In this document: piece by piece, positions 1-13,212 of the stretch
How the letters are laid out: each line of letters starts with the position of its first letter
How positions within the stretch are numbered: position 1 is the stretch's first letter
Notes under the pieces: generated by a model
What the model was told of the DNA's origin: nothing
Databases searched by the model: none
What the model saw: only the letters and a program-made list of their open reading frames with translations
Source: an uncultured Verrucomicrobiae bacterium
GTDB lineage: Bacteria > Verrucomicrobiota > Verrucomicrobiia > Chthoniobacterales > UBA10450
DNA: 64,000 bases
Reading direction: 5' to 3'
Assembly (NCBI GenBank): GCA_963801815.1
Contig: CAWDGJ010000002.1
Location: 768,001-832,000 of the forward strand
Translations under genes and position numbers: made by a program

Positions 1-99
1 GTTGCTGTCATCGAGCAAACGACGACGCCGAAACCCGAATTTGTCTGTCTTCCGCTGCCGTACTTCTTAAATCTTAATTCTTCCTTCTGACTTAAGTTG

Positions 100-143
100 A
101 TCCGTGGAATCCGTGGTTAAGGATCCTTTTCCTGGATTCCTGA
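100..143. repeat. Short tandem-repeat remnant (ATCCGTGG twice; TTCCTGGATTCCTGA)
   Basis: Seen directly; similar in style to the repeat elements at 5035-5148 and 34135-34216. Confidence 0.4.
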
Positions 144-1521
144 TTAATTTTGAATCCCGCTTGGTAATCGCGGCGAGGCTAAGAGTTTGCCGAATTCGCT
201 CCACCGTTTCTCGGGATCATCTCCAGCTCGCTTCTCGATGTATTGGCGCACCATGTCTTCGCCGAGGTTGTAATTGATCACGTAACTTCGGTAACGCTGG
301 ATGAATTTCACCCGCTGCTGCGCGCGGGGCGGTTCCATCACCGCGTATTTTTGCAACCATTCCGCCGCGGCGTTCTCGTCGATCTCCCCGTTGATCAATC
401 TTCGCGCGGCCTCGTTTCCCGCGTAATTGAGATCCTTCATCAAATCCTGCACTGCGTAATATTCGTCCGCGCGCTTCGGATCGATTCCCGCCGCCGGGAA
501 GAGTACTTCTTTCTCGAACTTCATTCGCTCGGCCTTGGTCGGGAACGCCACGTCTCTTCCGAAATTCGCGGTTCCTTCCGCGATCAGTGATTGCGGCGAG
601 AACAACGCGTAAACCGAAAACTCCATCCAGCCGCGATCGCGCACCAGGTTCTTTTCCAGGAGCGAATTGTAAACGTGATGTCCGGGATAACCTTCGTGGG
701 CCGCGAGATCGACCGCGCGATCGATGTAGATCGGCAGATCGGTGTTCACCTGGATCACGCTGTGGAAATTGCCTTTGTACCAATTGTAACCGCCCCACGG
801 TTTATTGTTCACGTACTCGACCGTGAAACTCTCGTTAGGCGGAAGCGCAATGTGCGCCAGCGTCCGGGCGCGACACTCCTTGATCGCGAGTTGAAACACC
901 GCATCGAGTTTCTCCTTCGGAATCACAAACGGCTTCCGCCAATTTCTCGTAGCGCTCCCAAAGTGGGCCCGAACCGGGGATCTTTTTGTCGAGCTGCGCA
1001 ATGATCTGATCGAAGTGCGAATCCGGATAGGTCGGCGCGACCGCGTCGTAAAGCGCGCGCGACTCATCATCGAACTTTAATTTCTCGCCCTTCAACATCC
1101 GGACCCTCGCCCCCAGCGCGGAAATTTGTTTCTGCAAATATTCCCGCCGCAATTGAATCAGATCGTTGTCCGCCATCCCCGGCGCGCAACAATCCATCTC
1201 GTCGCCGGCTTTTTCTGTGGCGGCAGGTCCGAGCCGGACTGGCGTTGTCCCCGGCTGCATTTCTGCCAGCTTCGCCTTTAGCGCTTCGCCCTCAGAGCTT
1301 ATTTGATCCAGCGATTGCTTCGTCTTCTCCGCCTGCGTCTTCCACTCCGACGGCCCGTAAAACGCATCCACATAATCCGGATCATGTTCGCCGAGCGCCA
1401 AAACCAGATGCGCGTACCGCTTTGCGACCGCGTTCATGTCATCCTTTCCCGGCGCGGCGAAACTCAACGTTATCAAGCCGAAAAGAACGAACAGTAAAAA
1501 TATCCGGCGCGTAAGGAACAT
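144..1521 (-). CDS. Secreted DUF885-like/zincin-type protein, split by one +1 frameshift near 943-945
   Basis: ORF 835..1521 has a signal peptide; ORF 144..1070 has AHEGYPGHH...IAEG. Removing one A from GAGAAATTGG joins them as PLWERYENWRKPF. Confidence 0.7.
1216..1258. repeat. GTGG-type REP hairpin inside a CDS, interrupted by a ~21-nt mini-element (1226-1246)
   Basis: TGTGGCGGCA[GGTCCGAGCCGGACTGGCGTT]GTCCCCGGCTGC resembles the REP at 9344-9406; the insert recurs inverted near 35904-35924. Confidence 0.6.
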
Positions 1522-1524
1522 TTG

Positions 1525-2700
1525 CTAACGACTTATAAGCTGCTTGCCGGCGCGTTTGGGAAACTCAGAAGCCGTTTGAAAAATCTCGCGACTCTTGTCA
1601 AATTCATGAATTTGGAATTCCTCCACGAGAGCGTAAGCGTGTTTACAATCTTCCGCGGTGGAGAGACTCTCCAGCTTTCGCATATCTTCGAACGAGAAAA
1701 GGCCAATCTCTATGAAGAGTCTAATGAATTGCTTCGAGTATTGTTCAATGTGACGGAGGCTCTCTTCGCCGACCAAATTGGCGAAATTCGATGCGATCAA
1801 GGTGAACAGATAGACGTCTTGGATGAGGTAGCGCATAAATGAATGCGGATGAAAATTGCCACCGTCCAAAGTGACCTTGCCTCGATTCGTGAGTGCCGAG
1901 GCGAACGCAAACGACAAAAAATTCAGAATCTGCACTTGGATCGAAAGGATCACATTTGAGTAGATGCTGTCCTGATGAGACTGAGTGCCGCGAAACTCTC
2001 GGTACTCATCGGTGTCCGGTGTATTCAGAATCATTCTACGATAGCCCCATTGAGTCGCTAAGAGATCGACGATTAACTCAAAGGCTCGCTGTTCTGAATC
2101 ATGAAAAGGCCGAATTTTCTCGGCGAGTTGGCCGACATATGCATGGGCCACTTCATGATTGGCGATGAACTGGGCGCAAAGATCATATCGATTGCTGACA
2201 TCTGGGAGCTTCCAGATCTCGAAAGGAGTCGCGGTCGCTAGGAACCGTATGGCAGATGCTAGGCCTTTATCCCGACAAATCTTCAGCGTCTCCGAGAAAT
2301 CTTTGCCCAGCTTTTGAACTGCTTCTGCAAAAGCCGAAGCGGTTCGTTTAGTTGGAGGGCCGTTGCTAAAAAGAATTTCACCGAATCTGTAGCAGATGGC
2401 GAAGAGCAGAAGCGGCGTAAGCGGCGTCGTGGATATCTTAAATCCCGTAACCCCTCCGTGCGGTGATTCCCAAGTCTCAATTCCCGCGTTAAAACTCCAC
2501 CAAGTTTTGTCATCCATTCCTTGGAGAAACGAAACGAGAATCGACTCCGGCAGCTTTTTAGCGTGCAATGCTTCCGTTGCTATGCAGAGGGTGTTGTAAG
2601 CAAAACGGTCATACGGATAAATTTCGTGTCGCTCCAAGGAGAAGACGCTTGACGGGTACTCAATTACCGAATTGTGAAGCGTGTCGATGGGTTCCTTCAT
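1525..2700 (-). CDS. Hypothetical HExxH metallopeptidase-like protein (Lit/U49 or M48-like)
   Basis: FIANHEVAH motif, downstream ELIVDLLA (E..xD..A) and HP....R motifs; AT-richer than its neighbours. Confidence 0.5.
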   Translation of the reverse strand: MKEPIDTLHNSVIEYPSSVFSLERHEIYPYDRFAYNTLCIATEALHAKKLPESILVSFLQGMDDKTWWSFNAGIETWESPHGGVTGFKISTTPLTPLLLFAICYRFGEILFSNGPPTKRTASAFAEAVQKLGKDFSETLKICRDKGLASAIRFLATATPFEIWKLPDVSNRYDLCAQFIANHEVAHAYVGQLAEKIRPFHDSEQRAFELIVDLLATQWGYRRMILNTPDTDEYREFRGTQSHQDSIYSNVILSIQVQILNFLSFAFASALTNRGKVTLDGGNFHPHSFMRYLIQDVYLFTLIASNFANLVGEESLRHIEQYSKQFIRLFIEIGLFSFEDMRKLESLSTAEDCKHAYALVEEFQIHEFDKSREIFQTASEFPKRAGKQLISR

Positions 2701-2713
2701 AGTCGCGCCCGAG

Positions 2714-3268
2714 TTATACGCGAAACAGTTCGGACAACGCCGCATTTCTCGCTTCGTCTTTTTCGAGCGAATCGGTCATACGTTCCAGTTTTCGATATGC
2801 TTCGACATCGCCTTGTGAAATTGCGACATCGGCCAAAGCACTGAGATCATTCCTCTCTTTCAGCCTCGCCAGCTCGCCACGAAGCGATTCGATATCGGCC
2901 GCAGCTTTCTTTGTTTTTTCGGCCATGTCATCGACCTCTTGCGATCTCCGATCGACTTGCGTAGTGACATCGTCGATCTTTGACTGAAAAGATTTGATAT
3001 TCGGCTCGACTGATTTCGCGAGCAGGTGAGAAGCTTCGGTACTCGCCGCCCTTTCGACAGTTTTTTGAACGTTTTCGTTCTTAAATTGATCTGCGACGAG
3101 CGCTTCGAGCTTTTTCTCCAACCTCACTTTGATGCCCCACAAACTTAACCCTGTAACACCGGAGATTAAGGTTATGAGCGCTAGCGTTCCAACCAACAGC
3201 TGATTGCGAATGACTGCTTTGATCTCTTGTTGCTGACCTTTTGTAAAACTCTGGGGGCGTCCCGCCAT
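2714..3268 (-). CDS. Hypothetical single-TM, coiled-coil protein
   Basis: N-terminal hydrophobic helix followed by a charged heptad-like region; GGAGG-like RBS upstream. Confidence 0.6.
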   Translation of the reverse strand: MAGRPQSFTKGQQQEIKAVIRNQLLVGTLALITLISGVTGLSLWGIKVRLEKKLEALVADQFKNENVQKTVERAASTEASHLLAKSVEPNIKSFQSKIDDVTTQVDRRSQEVDDMAEKTKKAAADIESLRGELARLKERNDLSALADVAISQGDVEAYRKLERMTDSLEKDEARNAALSELFRV

Positions 3269-3290
3269 ATTTGGATCCTCCTGTTAGATT

Positions 3291-3328
3291 AAAGCAAAAC
3301 AGCCGAGCCCTTGCGAGCTCGGCTGTTT
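3291..3328 (-). terminator. Rho-independent terminator after groEL
   Basis: On the minus strand: AAACAGCCGAGCTC-GCAA-GGGCTCGGCTG followed by TTTTGCTTT. Confidence 0.85.
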
Positions 3329-3352
3329 GTTAATTGTTGTTTCGATTTCGAC

Positions 3353-5148
<1,796 letters not shown>

Positions 5149-5162
5149 AGCGATCGTTTTCC

Positions 5163-5459
5163 TTATCCGATGATGCCGAGGATGTCGTCCTCGCGCATGA
5201 TCAGAAATTGTTCGCCGTCGATTTTGATTTCGGTGCCGCCGTATTTGGAGATCAGCACCTTGTCACCCTTCTTCACCGTGAAATCGACTTTCTTTCCTTC
5301 GTCGTTCACTTTCCCGGTGCCGAGAGCGACCACTTTGCCTTCCTGCGGTTTTTCTTTCGCAGTGTCGGGAATGATGATCCCGCCTTTTTTCACTTCCTGC
5401 TCTTCCATCGGTTGCACCAGCACCCGATCTCCGAGCGGTCTTACGTTAACGCTTGCCAT
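5163..5459 (-). CDS. groES: Co-chaperonin GroES
   Basis: [25 protein letters not shown]. Confidence 0.99.
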   Translation of the reverse strand: MASVNVRPLGDRVLVQPMEEQEVKKGGIIIPDTAKEKPQEGKVVALGTGKVNDEGKKVDFTVKKGDKVLISKYGGTEIKIDGEQFLIMREDDILGIIG

Positions 5460-5500
5460 AAGTTAGTTTTTTCTTCTTTGGTTTTTGTTTTTGGGTTGAG

Positions 5501-5532
5501 CCGGCGACCCCGAAAACCTTCGGAGCCACCGG
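5501..5532 (-). other. Stable intercistronic hairpin between dnaK and groES
   Basis: CCGGTGGCTCCGAA-GGTT-TTCGGGGTCGCCGG, a 14-bp stem with G:U pairs and no U-tail on the sense strand. Confidence 0.55.
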
Positions 5533-5594
5533 CAAATTGTTTTCTTTAGTTAATCTTCTTCACGAATTTCGCGTCACTGGTCACACGTCATTCG

Positions 5595-7772
<2,178 letters not shown>

Positions 7773-7805
7773 TCAAGTTGTTCAGTCGCGCCACTGCGGC
7801 GCACG

Positions 7806-7985
7806 CCCGAAACCCCAAATCCCAAGTTCCAAATCGCAAACAAATTCCAATGGACCAAAATCCAAACGTAGCCGGGATGTTTTGATCTTTAGGGGTTTGG
7901 GCATTTAGATTTTGCCTGGAGCCTGGGGTTTGGGATTTGGAGCTTCCGCCTTGCGGCTTGGGATTTGGAGCCTGGGATTTGGGTA
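7806..7985. repeat. Heptamer-repeat inverted element (AAATCCC/CCAAG units versus TTTGGGA/TTTGGAG units)
   Basis: Left arm CCCAAATCCCAAGTTCCAAATC; right arms GGGTTTGGGATTTGGAGC and CTTGGGATTTGGAGCCTGGGATTTGGG. Confidence 0.7.
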
Positions 7986-8029
7986 CTTCCGTCCCGGCAG
8001 CGGCATAAGCCTCTGCTCGTTGCTCCTCC

Positions 8030-8380
8030 ATGCAAACGACCAACAGCCCAGTCCGAAAGGTTGATTCCGATCCGGATATTTTCTTTCACTGCCAGCACTG
8101 CAAAGCCGCGTTGGTCGCGAATCGATCGGCTGCGGGCTTGAATCTGGCCTGCCAGAAGTGCGGGCAGCAAACGCTGGTGCCGAAACAAGAAGCACCAAAC
8201 TCAACCGCGATCGCCTACGCGGACGAACTTCGCGGGAAGTTGAAGGAAAACGAATCGCAACGCGCCGAAGTTACCGGTTACATCAACCAGCTCACGATCC
8301 AGTTGCATCGCTGGCAATTGCGTTTGCAAACGTTGGACGAACGCAAAGCGCAGCTCGAAAAAGATTTGGGCGGTAAGTAG
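8030..8380 (+). CDS. Hypothetical zinc-ribbon plus coiled-coil protein
   Basis: CQHC...CQKC followed by a heptad-rich C-terminus. Confidence 0.7.
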   Translation: MQTTNSPVRKVDSDPDIFFHCQHCKAALVANRSAAGLNLACQKCGQQTLVPKQEAPNSTAIAYADELRGKLKENESQRAEVTGYINQLTIQLHRWQLRLQTLDERKAQLEKDLGGK

Positions 8381-8396
8381 GTGGCCTAAATTCCTT

Positions 8397-8455
8397 TGTA
8401 GGGGAAGCTGCTAGCTTCCCGTTTTGAAAGCGAGACGCTAACAGCGTCTCCTACA
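8397..8455. repeat. GTAG-type REP doublet (REPIN-like), copy 1
   Basis: TGTAGGGGAAGCTGCTAGCTTCCC...GAGACGCTAACAGCGTCTCCTACA; near-identical to 10082-10139. Confidence 0.85.
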
Positions 8456-8509
8456 GATTATTTGCCAAAAGAATTTGGCGCGCGTCGCGCGCATGCGTAC
8501 CCTTTTCGC

Positions 8510-9313
8510 GTGCGGCAATACCACGACCTTCTCCGACTCGTCTTGGAAGAAGGTCAACCGCGGGACGATCGCACCGGCACAGGGACGTTATCGATCTTCG
8601 GCGCGCAAACCCGATTCGATTTGCGGCCAAACGGTCCGGGATTTCCGCTGCTCACCACCAAGAAGCTGCACATGAAGTCGATCATCTACGAATTGCTTTG
8701 GTTTCTGCGCGGCGACACCAACATCAAATATCTCAACGAACACGGCGTCACGATTTGGGACGAATGGGCCGATGAAAAAGGAAGTCTCGGCCGCGTTTAT
8801 GGCGCGCAATGGCGGGATTGGCACGGCGGCAACGGTGTGCGCGTCGATCAGATCGATAACCTAATCGCGCAGATCAAAAGGAATCCGAACAGCCGCCGAT
8901 TGATTGTGAGCGCATGGAATCCCGCCGAGATCGAAAAGATGGCGTTGCCGCCGTGCCACGTGCTCTTTCAGTTTTATGTGCAAGGCGGTGCACTGAGCTG
9001 CCAGCTCTACCAACGGAGCTGCGATTTATTTCTCGGGGTACCGTTCAACATCGCCAGCTACGCGCTGCTCACGATGATGTTTGCGCAGGTGGTCGATCTT
9101 ACCCCGGGTGATTTCGTCCACACCTTTGGAGATTTGCACCTTTACAACAATCATCTCGAGCAAGCGCGCGAGCAGCTGACCCGCGAATGCCGGCCTTTGC
9201 CGCGAATGAAATTAAATCCCGCGGTGAAAAACATTCAGGAGTTCAAGTTCGAGGACTTCGAGCTCGTCGATTACAACCCGCATCCGTCGATCAAAGCGCC
9301 CATTGCGGTGTAA
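8510..9313 (+). CDS. thyA: Thymidylate synthase
   Basis: [28 protein letters not shown]; likely GTG start at 8510. Confidence 0.98.
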   Translation: MRQYHDLLRLVLEEGQPRDDRTGTGTLSIFGAQTRFDLRPNGPGFPLLTTKKLHMKSIIYELLWFLRGDTNIKYLNEHGVTIWDEWADEKGSLGRVYGAQWRDWHGGNGVRVDQIDNLIAQIKRNPNSRRLIVSAWNPAEIEKMALPPCHVLFQFYVQGGALSCQLYQRSCDLFLGVPFNIASYALLTMMFAQVVDLTPGDFVHTFGDLHLYNNHLEQAREQLTRECRPLPRMKLNPAVKNIQEFKFEDFELVDYNPHPSIKAPIAV

Positions 9314-9343
9314 GAGGAAAGCACCGATCCCAGGATAGGACTT

Positions 9344-9406
9344 TGTGGAGGCAGGCGTCTCGCCTGCAAAAGTACGAACAAGCAGCCGAGGACGGCCGCC
9401 ACCACA
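9344..9406. repeat. GTGG-type REP doublet
   Basis: TGTGGAGGCAGGCGTCTCGCCTGC ... GCAGCCGAGGACGGCCGCCACCACA, an inverted pair of hairpins. Confidence 0.75.
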
Positions 9407-9451
9407 GTCGGTTTGCGAGACTTTCACCGTCAAGTTGGGTTGAAAGAAGAT

Positions 9452-10072
9452 GTGAGGGCATGCTGGGGAACACTAATTTTATTTCTAGTCGCGACAGTCG
9501 CTTCCGCGCAGACCGAAAATCCGTCTCGAGTTGAAATCGACCTGAGTCAGCAAACGGCGTATCTGATTCGTGGCCGGCGAATCGTCATGCAATCGCCGAT
9601 TTCGAGCGGACGTTACGGACATCTCACCGAGACCGGCTCGTTCAAAGTGATCGAGAAGGAACGAAACCATTCCTCGAGCATTTACGGCAAAATTGTCGAT
9701 GCGAATGGCCGAACCGTGGTCACCGATGCCGACGTGGACATGAAAGTGCCGACGGGTTGCAGATTCGTTCCGGCGCCCATGCCGTGGTTCATGCGTTTTC
9801 ACGGCGCGGACGGAATGCACGCCGGGTACTTGCCGGGTTATCCGGCGTCACACGGCTGCGTGCGAATGCCGGATCAATTAGCAGTCGCGTTTTACAATGC
9901 GGTAGACGTCGGTACGCCGGTCACAGTCTTCGGGCGAACGCCGCGCACTGGCGAATATTCTCGATTTGGCCCACAGCCGCAACGCGGTTCGTGGCCGTGG
10001 TTCCGGCTGCCGTTCGGTCCGCGATACGAACCTCCGCCTCGAGTTTACGAGTCGCGGCCGATTGACCGATAA
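9452..10072 (+). CDS. L,D-transpeptidase family (YkuD) protein
   Basis: Signal peptide; GMHAG..PGYPASHGCVRM. Confidence 0.92.
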   Translation: MRACWGTLILFLVATVASAQTENPSRVEIDLSQQTAYLIRGRRIVMQSPISSGRYGHLTETGSFKVIEKERNHSSSIYGKIVDANGRTVVTDADVDMKVPTGCRFVPAPMPWFMRFHGADGMHAGYLPGYPASHGCVRMPDQLAVAFYNAVDVGTPVTVFGRTPRTGEYSRFGPQPQRGSWPWFRLPFGPRYEPPPRVYESRPIDR

Positions 10073-10081
10073 CCAATTTTC

Positions 10082-10139
10082 TGTAGGGGAAGCTGCTAGC
10101 TTCCCAACTTGGGCCGAGACGCTAGCAGCGTCTCCTACA
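10082..10139. repeat. GTAG-type REP doublet, copy 2, between convergent genes
   Basis: TGTAGGGGAAGCTGCTAGCTTCCC...GAGACGCTAGCAGCGTCTCCTACA. Confidence 0.85.
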
Positions 10140-10149
10140 GCGGAAGACT

Positions 10150-12372
10150 TTACGGACGTTGCGTTGTCGTCTTCTTTAGCGTCGAGCTGGCTGCCGTCTT
10201 TGGACCTTTGGAAAGGTCGATAAGGTCGCCCAGAATGTTGAGCGTTTCATCGCGTTCGGGATCGATTACCGGTTCCTTCGTTTCGTCCCCCGAACCGATC
10301 GTATCCGAATCGTCAGAATCGTCCGGCGCCGCTTCTGGTGAAACTTTGTTTACGCCGTCCTTTTTCGCCTGCGCCAGCTTACCGGGATACATGATCAGCT
10401 GGAGATTCGGTTTATCGACATTATCGAGGGTGACCCGATAGATGCTCGGTTCTTCTTCATGCCGGGCGAGACGCTCTTTGGCGCGCACATCTTTGCGGGC
10501 CTTATCGTCTTGAAGTTCCTTCCGGCGCGCGTCCTCATTCAAGGTAATGCGATTCTCGTCGAGCTTATGGCGGAGACGTTCCATGTCCTCCATCACGAAA
10601 TGAAATTCCGGATCGCGTTGCACACGCTCGGCCGAACGCTGTTTCAATTCTTCGATGAACAACGGATGGCCCTCCGACCATTTGGTGTAACGCGCTTTGG
10701 GCACTTCGTCGTAAGGCAGCGGATTCTTTAGTGCGCTTTCCCCAAATTCAGGTAAATCGGTCAATGTCGGCAAAGCAATATCGGACGCGACGCCGTGAAG
10801 TTGAGTCGATCCGCCCGCCACGCGATAGAATTTCTGAATGGTGAGTTTCAGCTCGCCGTCATCATCGGACCGGCTGCCAAGCAACGAAGTAAACCGTCCG
10901 ATGGGCAGAATCGTTTGGACGGTGCCTTTGCCGAAAGTGTTTTTGTCACCCACGATGATCGCGCGCCCATAATCCTGAAGCGCCGCGGCGAAAATTTCGC
11001 TGGCCGACGCGCTTTGCCGGCTGGTCAAAACGATCAGGGGCCCGGCATAAGCCACGCCTGGATCGGGATCGCTCGAAACAACGATGTTTCCGTTAGAGCC
11101 TTTGGTTTGCACGATCGGCCCGGACTTCAAAAATAATCCGGTCAGCGAGATCGCTTCCTCGAGCGATCCGCCGCCATTACGACGAAGATCGACCACGAGT
11201 CCCGAAATGTTTTCCTTCTTCAGACGCTTCAGCAACGCGAGCACGTCCCGGGTAGTGCTTTTGGAATGCCGGTCCATGTCGGCGTAGAACGAGGGCAAGG
11301 TAAGCCACCCAAGTTTCACAGGGTCGCCATTTTCGTCCTTCTTAATAATAATGTCAGCGCGCGCTTCCTGGTCTTTGAGCTTAATCTCATCACGCACCAG
11401 GTCGACTGTCTTGCGCTGAGATGGATCAGGGGCGTTCGCCGGAATCGCCAGCAACCGCACTTTGGTTCCTTTCTTGCCGCGAATCAGTTCGACGACTTTG
11501 TCGAGACGCATGTCACGCACATCAACGAACTCGGTCTGCCCTTGCGCGACCGCCGTAATTCGATCGCCGACTTTGAGGCGCCCGTCTGTCTGGGCCGGTC
11601 CGCCGGGAACAAGGCTTTCGATTTTCGCGTAGCCATCTTCGGTCCGCAGCATCGCGCCAATGCCGACCAGCGACAGACCCATTTGAATGTTGAAATTCTT
11701 AAAGTCGGCCTTGCTTAAATATTCCGAGTGCGGGTCGTAGGTCTGGGCCAGGGCATCGAGGTAAAGTTTCACCTGCTCGTCGCGATCTTCCTCATGAACA
11801 TTGCGGTCAATGCGATCGTAGCGACGGGCAATCAGTTGTGGACCGGGTTCAATCGGATGCTCGCTTAACTTTTCCTGGAGCAACTCGCTGGCGATACGGC
11901 CATGCCAAAGCTGGTCCGCGTCGGCCTCGTCCTTCGGCCAGGGCGCTTTTTCCCGACGCACTTCGACAGTGTCGTTCGTTTTGAAATCCATCGGCTGCTT
12001 AAGGAGTTCCTTCACCTTGGCCACTCGATCGTCGACCCGCTTTTGGTAGAGATCGTAGATCTCGTAAGCCGGCTTCAAATTTCCCAGCAACACATCATCG
12101 GCCAAAGCGGTGCCGTATTTCGCCGTCAGGGCGTCGACATCCTTTTGAGTAAAGAAAAGGTGACTGAAATCGAGGAGCTCGAGGTAGTTACGGAGGAACT
12201 TCTGGGAAACATCGGCGTTCAGTGGTTGATGGGTGTAATGACCTTCCTCAAGAAGCCGCCCGACTGAGACGCAAATCTGCTCGGCGTCCGATTTTGCCTG
12301 GACGGCCTGAGGTGTAACGCCGGTGAAAGCGAGTGAAGTGACCGCAAACAGCAGAGAAAGACGTGTTTTCAT
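10150..12372 (-). CDS. prc: Carboxy-terminal processing (tail-specific) protease, S41
   Basis: Signal peptide, PDZ domain, DLRRNGGGSL, SASASEI, TFGKGTVQ. Confidence 0.95.
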   Translation of the reverse strand: MKTRLSLLFAVTSLAFTGVTPQAVQAKSDAEQICVSVGRLLEEGHYTHQPLNADVSQKFLRNYLELLDFSHLFFTQKDVDALTAKYGTALADDVLLGNLKPAYEIYDLYQKRVDDRVAKVKELLKQPMDFKTNDTVEVRREKAPWPKDEADADQLWHGRIASELLQEKLSEHPIEPGPQLIARRYDRIDRNVHEEDRDEQVKLYLDALAQTYDPHSEYLSKADFKNFNIQMGLSLVGIGAMLRTEDGYAKIESLVPGGPAQTDGRLKVGDRITAVAQGQTEFVDVRDMRLDKVVELIRGKKGTKVRLLAIPANAPDPSQRKTVDLVRDEIKLKDQEARADIIIKKDENGDPVKLGWLTLPSFYADMDRHSKSTTRDVLALLKRLKKENISGLVVDLRRNGGGSLEEAISLTGLFLKSGPIVQTKGSNGNIVVSSDPDPGVAYAGPLIVLTSRQSASASEIFAAALQDYGRAIIVGDKNTFGKGTVQTILPIGRFTSLLGSRSDDDGELKLTIQKFYRVAGGSTQLHGVASDIALPTLTDLPEFGESALKNPLPYDEVPKARYTKWSEGHPLFIEELKQRSAERVQRDPEFHFVMEDMERLRHKLDENRITLNEDARRKELQDDKARKDVRAKERLARHEEEPSIYRVTLDNVDKPNLQLIMYPGKLAQAKKDGVNKVSPEAAPDDSDDSDTIGSGDETKEPVIDPERDETLNILGDLIDLSKGPKTAASSTLKKTTTQRP

Positions 12373-12568
12373 GAAATCGGCGCGGTCTCCAGGTTCGCAG
12401 AGTTCGTGCCTAAAAGCAACCAATGACCCCTAATCGACATGCAAGCAGTTGAGACAATGATACGCCCAGAACATTCAAAATCTTTCAAGAACCGCGACCT
12501 GAGGTAGTCATCGGTTTATTCCCGAGCCCGGCTAGCTCCGACAAAGCAGCACGTTTAGACTGGGTGGA

Positions 12569-13180
12569 ATGAGATACGAGACTTTCTGTGGCGGGATTTT
12601 CGAAACGAACTGCTACCTCGTCCCCGCGCCAGAGGGATGGATCCTGTTCGACGCGCCGCAAGGGGCGGCTGATTGGGTCGCCTCGCAGAAGGTCGACCTA
12701 AAATTGCTCTTGCTCACCCACGGACATATCGACCACGTCCAGGACGTGGCGGCTGTAAAGCAGCGCTTCGGCTGCCAGCTGGGCTGCCATCCCCTGACTG
12801 CGCCGATGATCTCAGACCCGAATTTCTTCCGGGACTTTGGCTTCGAGTTGGAGATCCAACCCGCAAAGCCTGATTTCTTCGTTGAAGAAACTCCGAGCCA
12901 AAAATTTCTCGGCCTGGAAATGCAGGTGTTCGAAGTCCCGGGTCATTGTCCCGGGAGCCTTTGTTTTTTCTCGCGCCCGGACCAGTTGCTGATCGGTGGA
13001 GATGTTCTTTTCGCAGGCGGAGTGGGTCGGTGGGACCTGCCAGGTGGAGACGCCGATGTCCTGTTCAGCGGAATCCGGGAGAAACTTTTTCCGCTCGGTG
13101 ATGCCGTGACCGTTTTGCCGGGTCACGGACCACCGACGAAAATCGGAACCGAACGCATGACGAATCCGTTCGTCAGCTGA
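12569..13180 (+). CDS. MBL-fold metallo-hydrolase (glyoxalase II/YcbL-like)
   Basis: LTHGHIDHV, PGHCPGS, GDVLF, PGHG. Confidence 0.92.
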   Translation: MRYETFCGGIFETNCYLVPAPEGWILFDAPQGAADWVASQKVDLKLLLLTHGHIDHVQDVAAVKQRFGCQLGCHPLTAPMISDPNFFRDFGFELEIQPAKPDFFVEETPSQKFLGLEMQVFEVPGHCPGSLCFFSRPDQLLIGGDVLFAGGVGRWDLPGGDADVLFSGIREKLFPLGDAVTVLPGHGPPTKIGTERMTNPFVS

Positions 13181-13212
13181 CCCACTCGGGTCCAAATTTA
13201 ATCCGGGAAAAA

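Noticed and set aside
935..950. Programmed ribosomal frameshift in the DUF885-like gene
   Set aside because: No canonical slippery heptamer; it matches the window-wide pattern of +1 homopolymer indels
8397..10139. CRISPR array
   Set aside because: The repeats are separated by whole genes, not short spacers, and no cas genes are present
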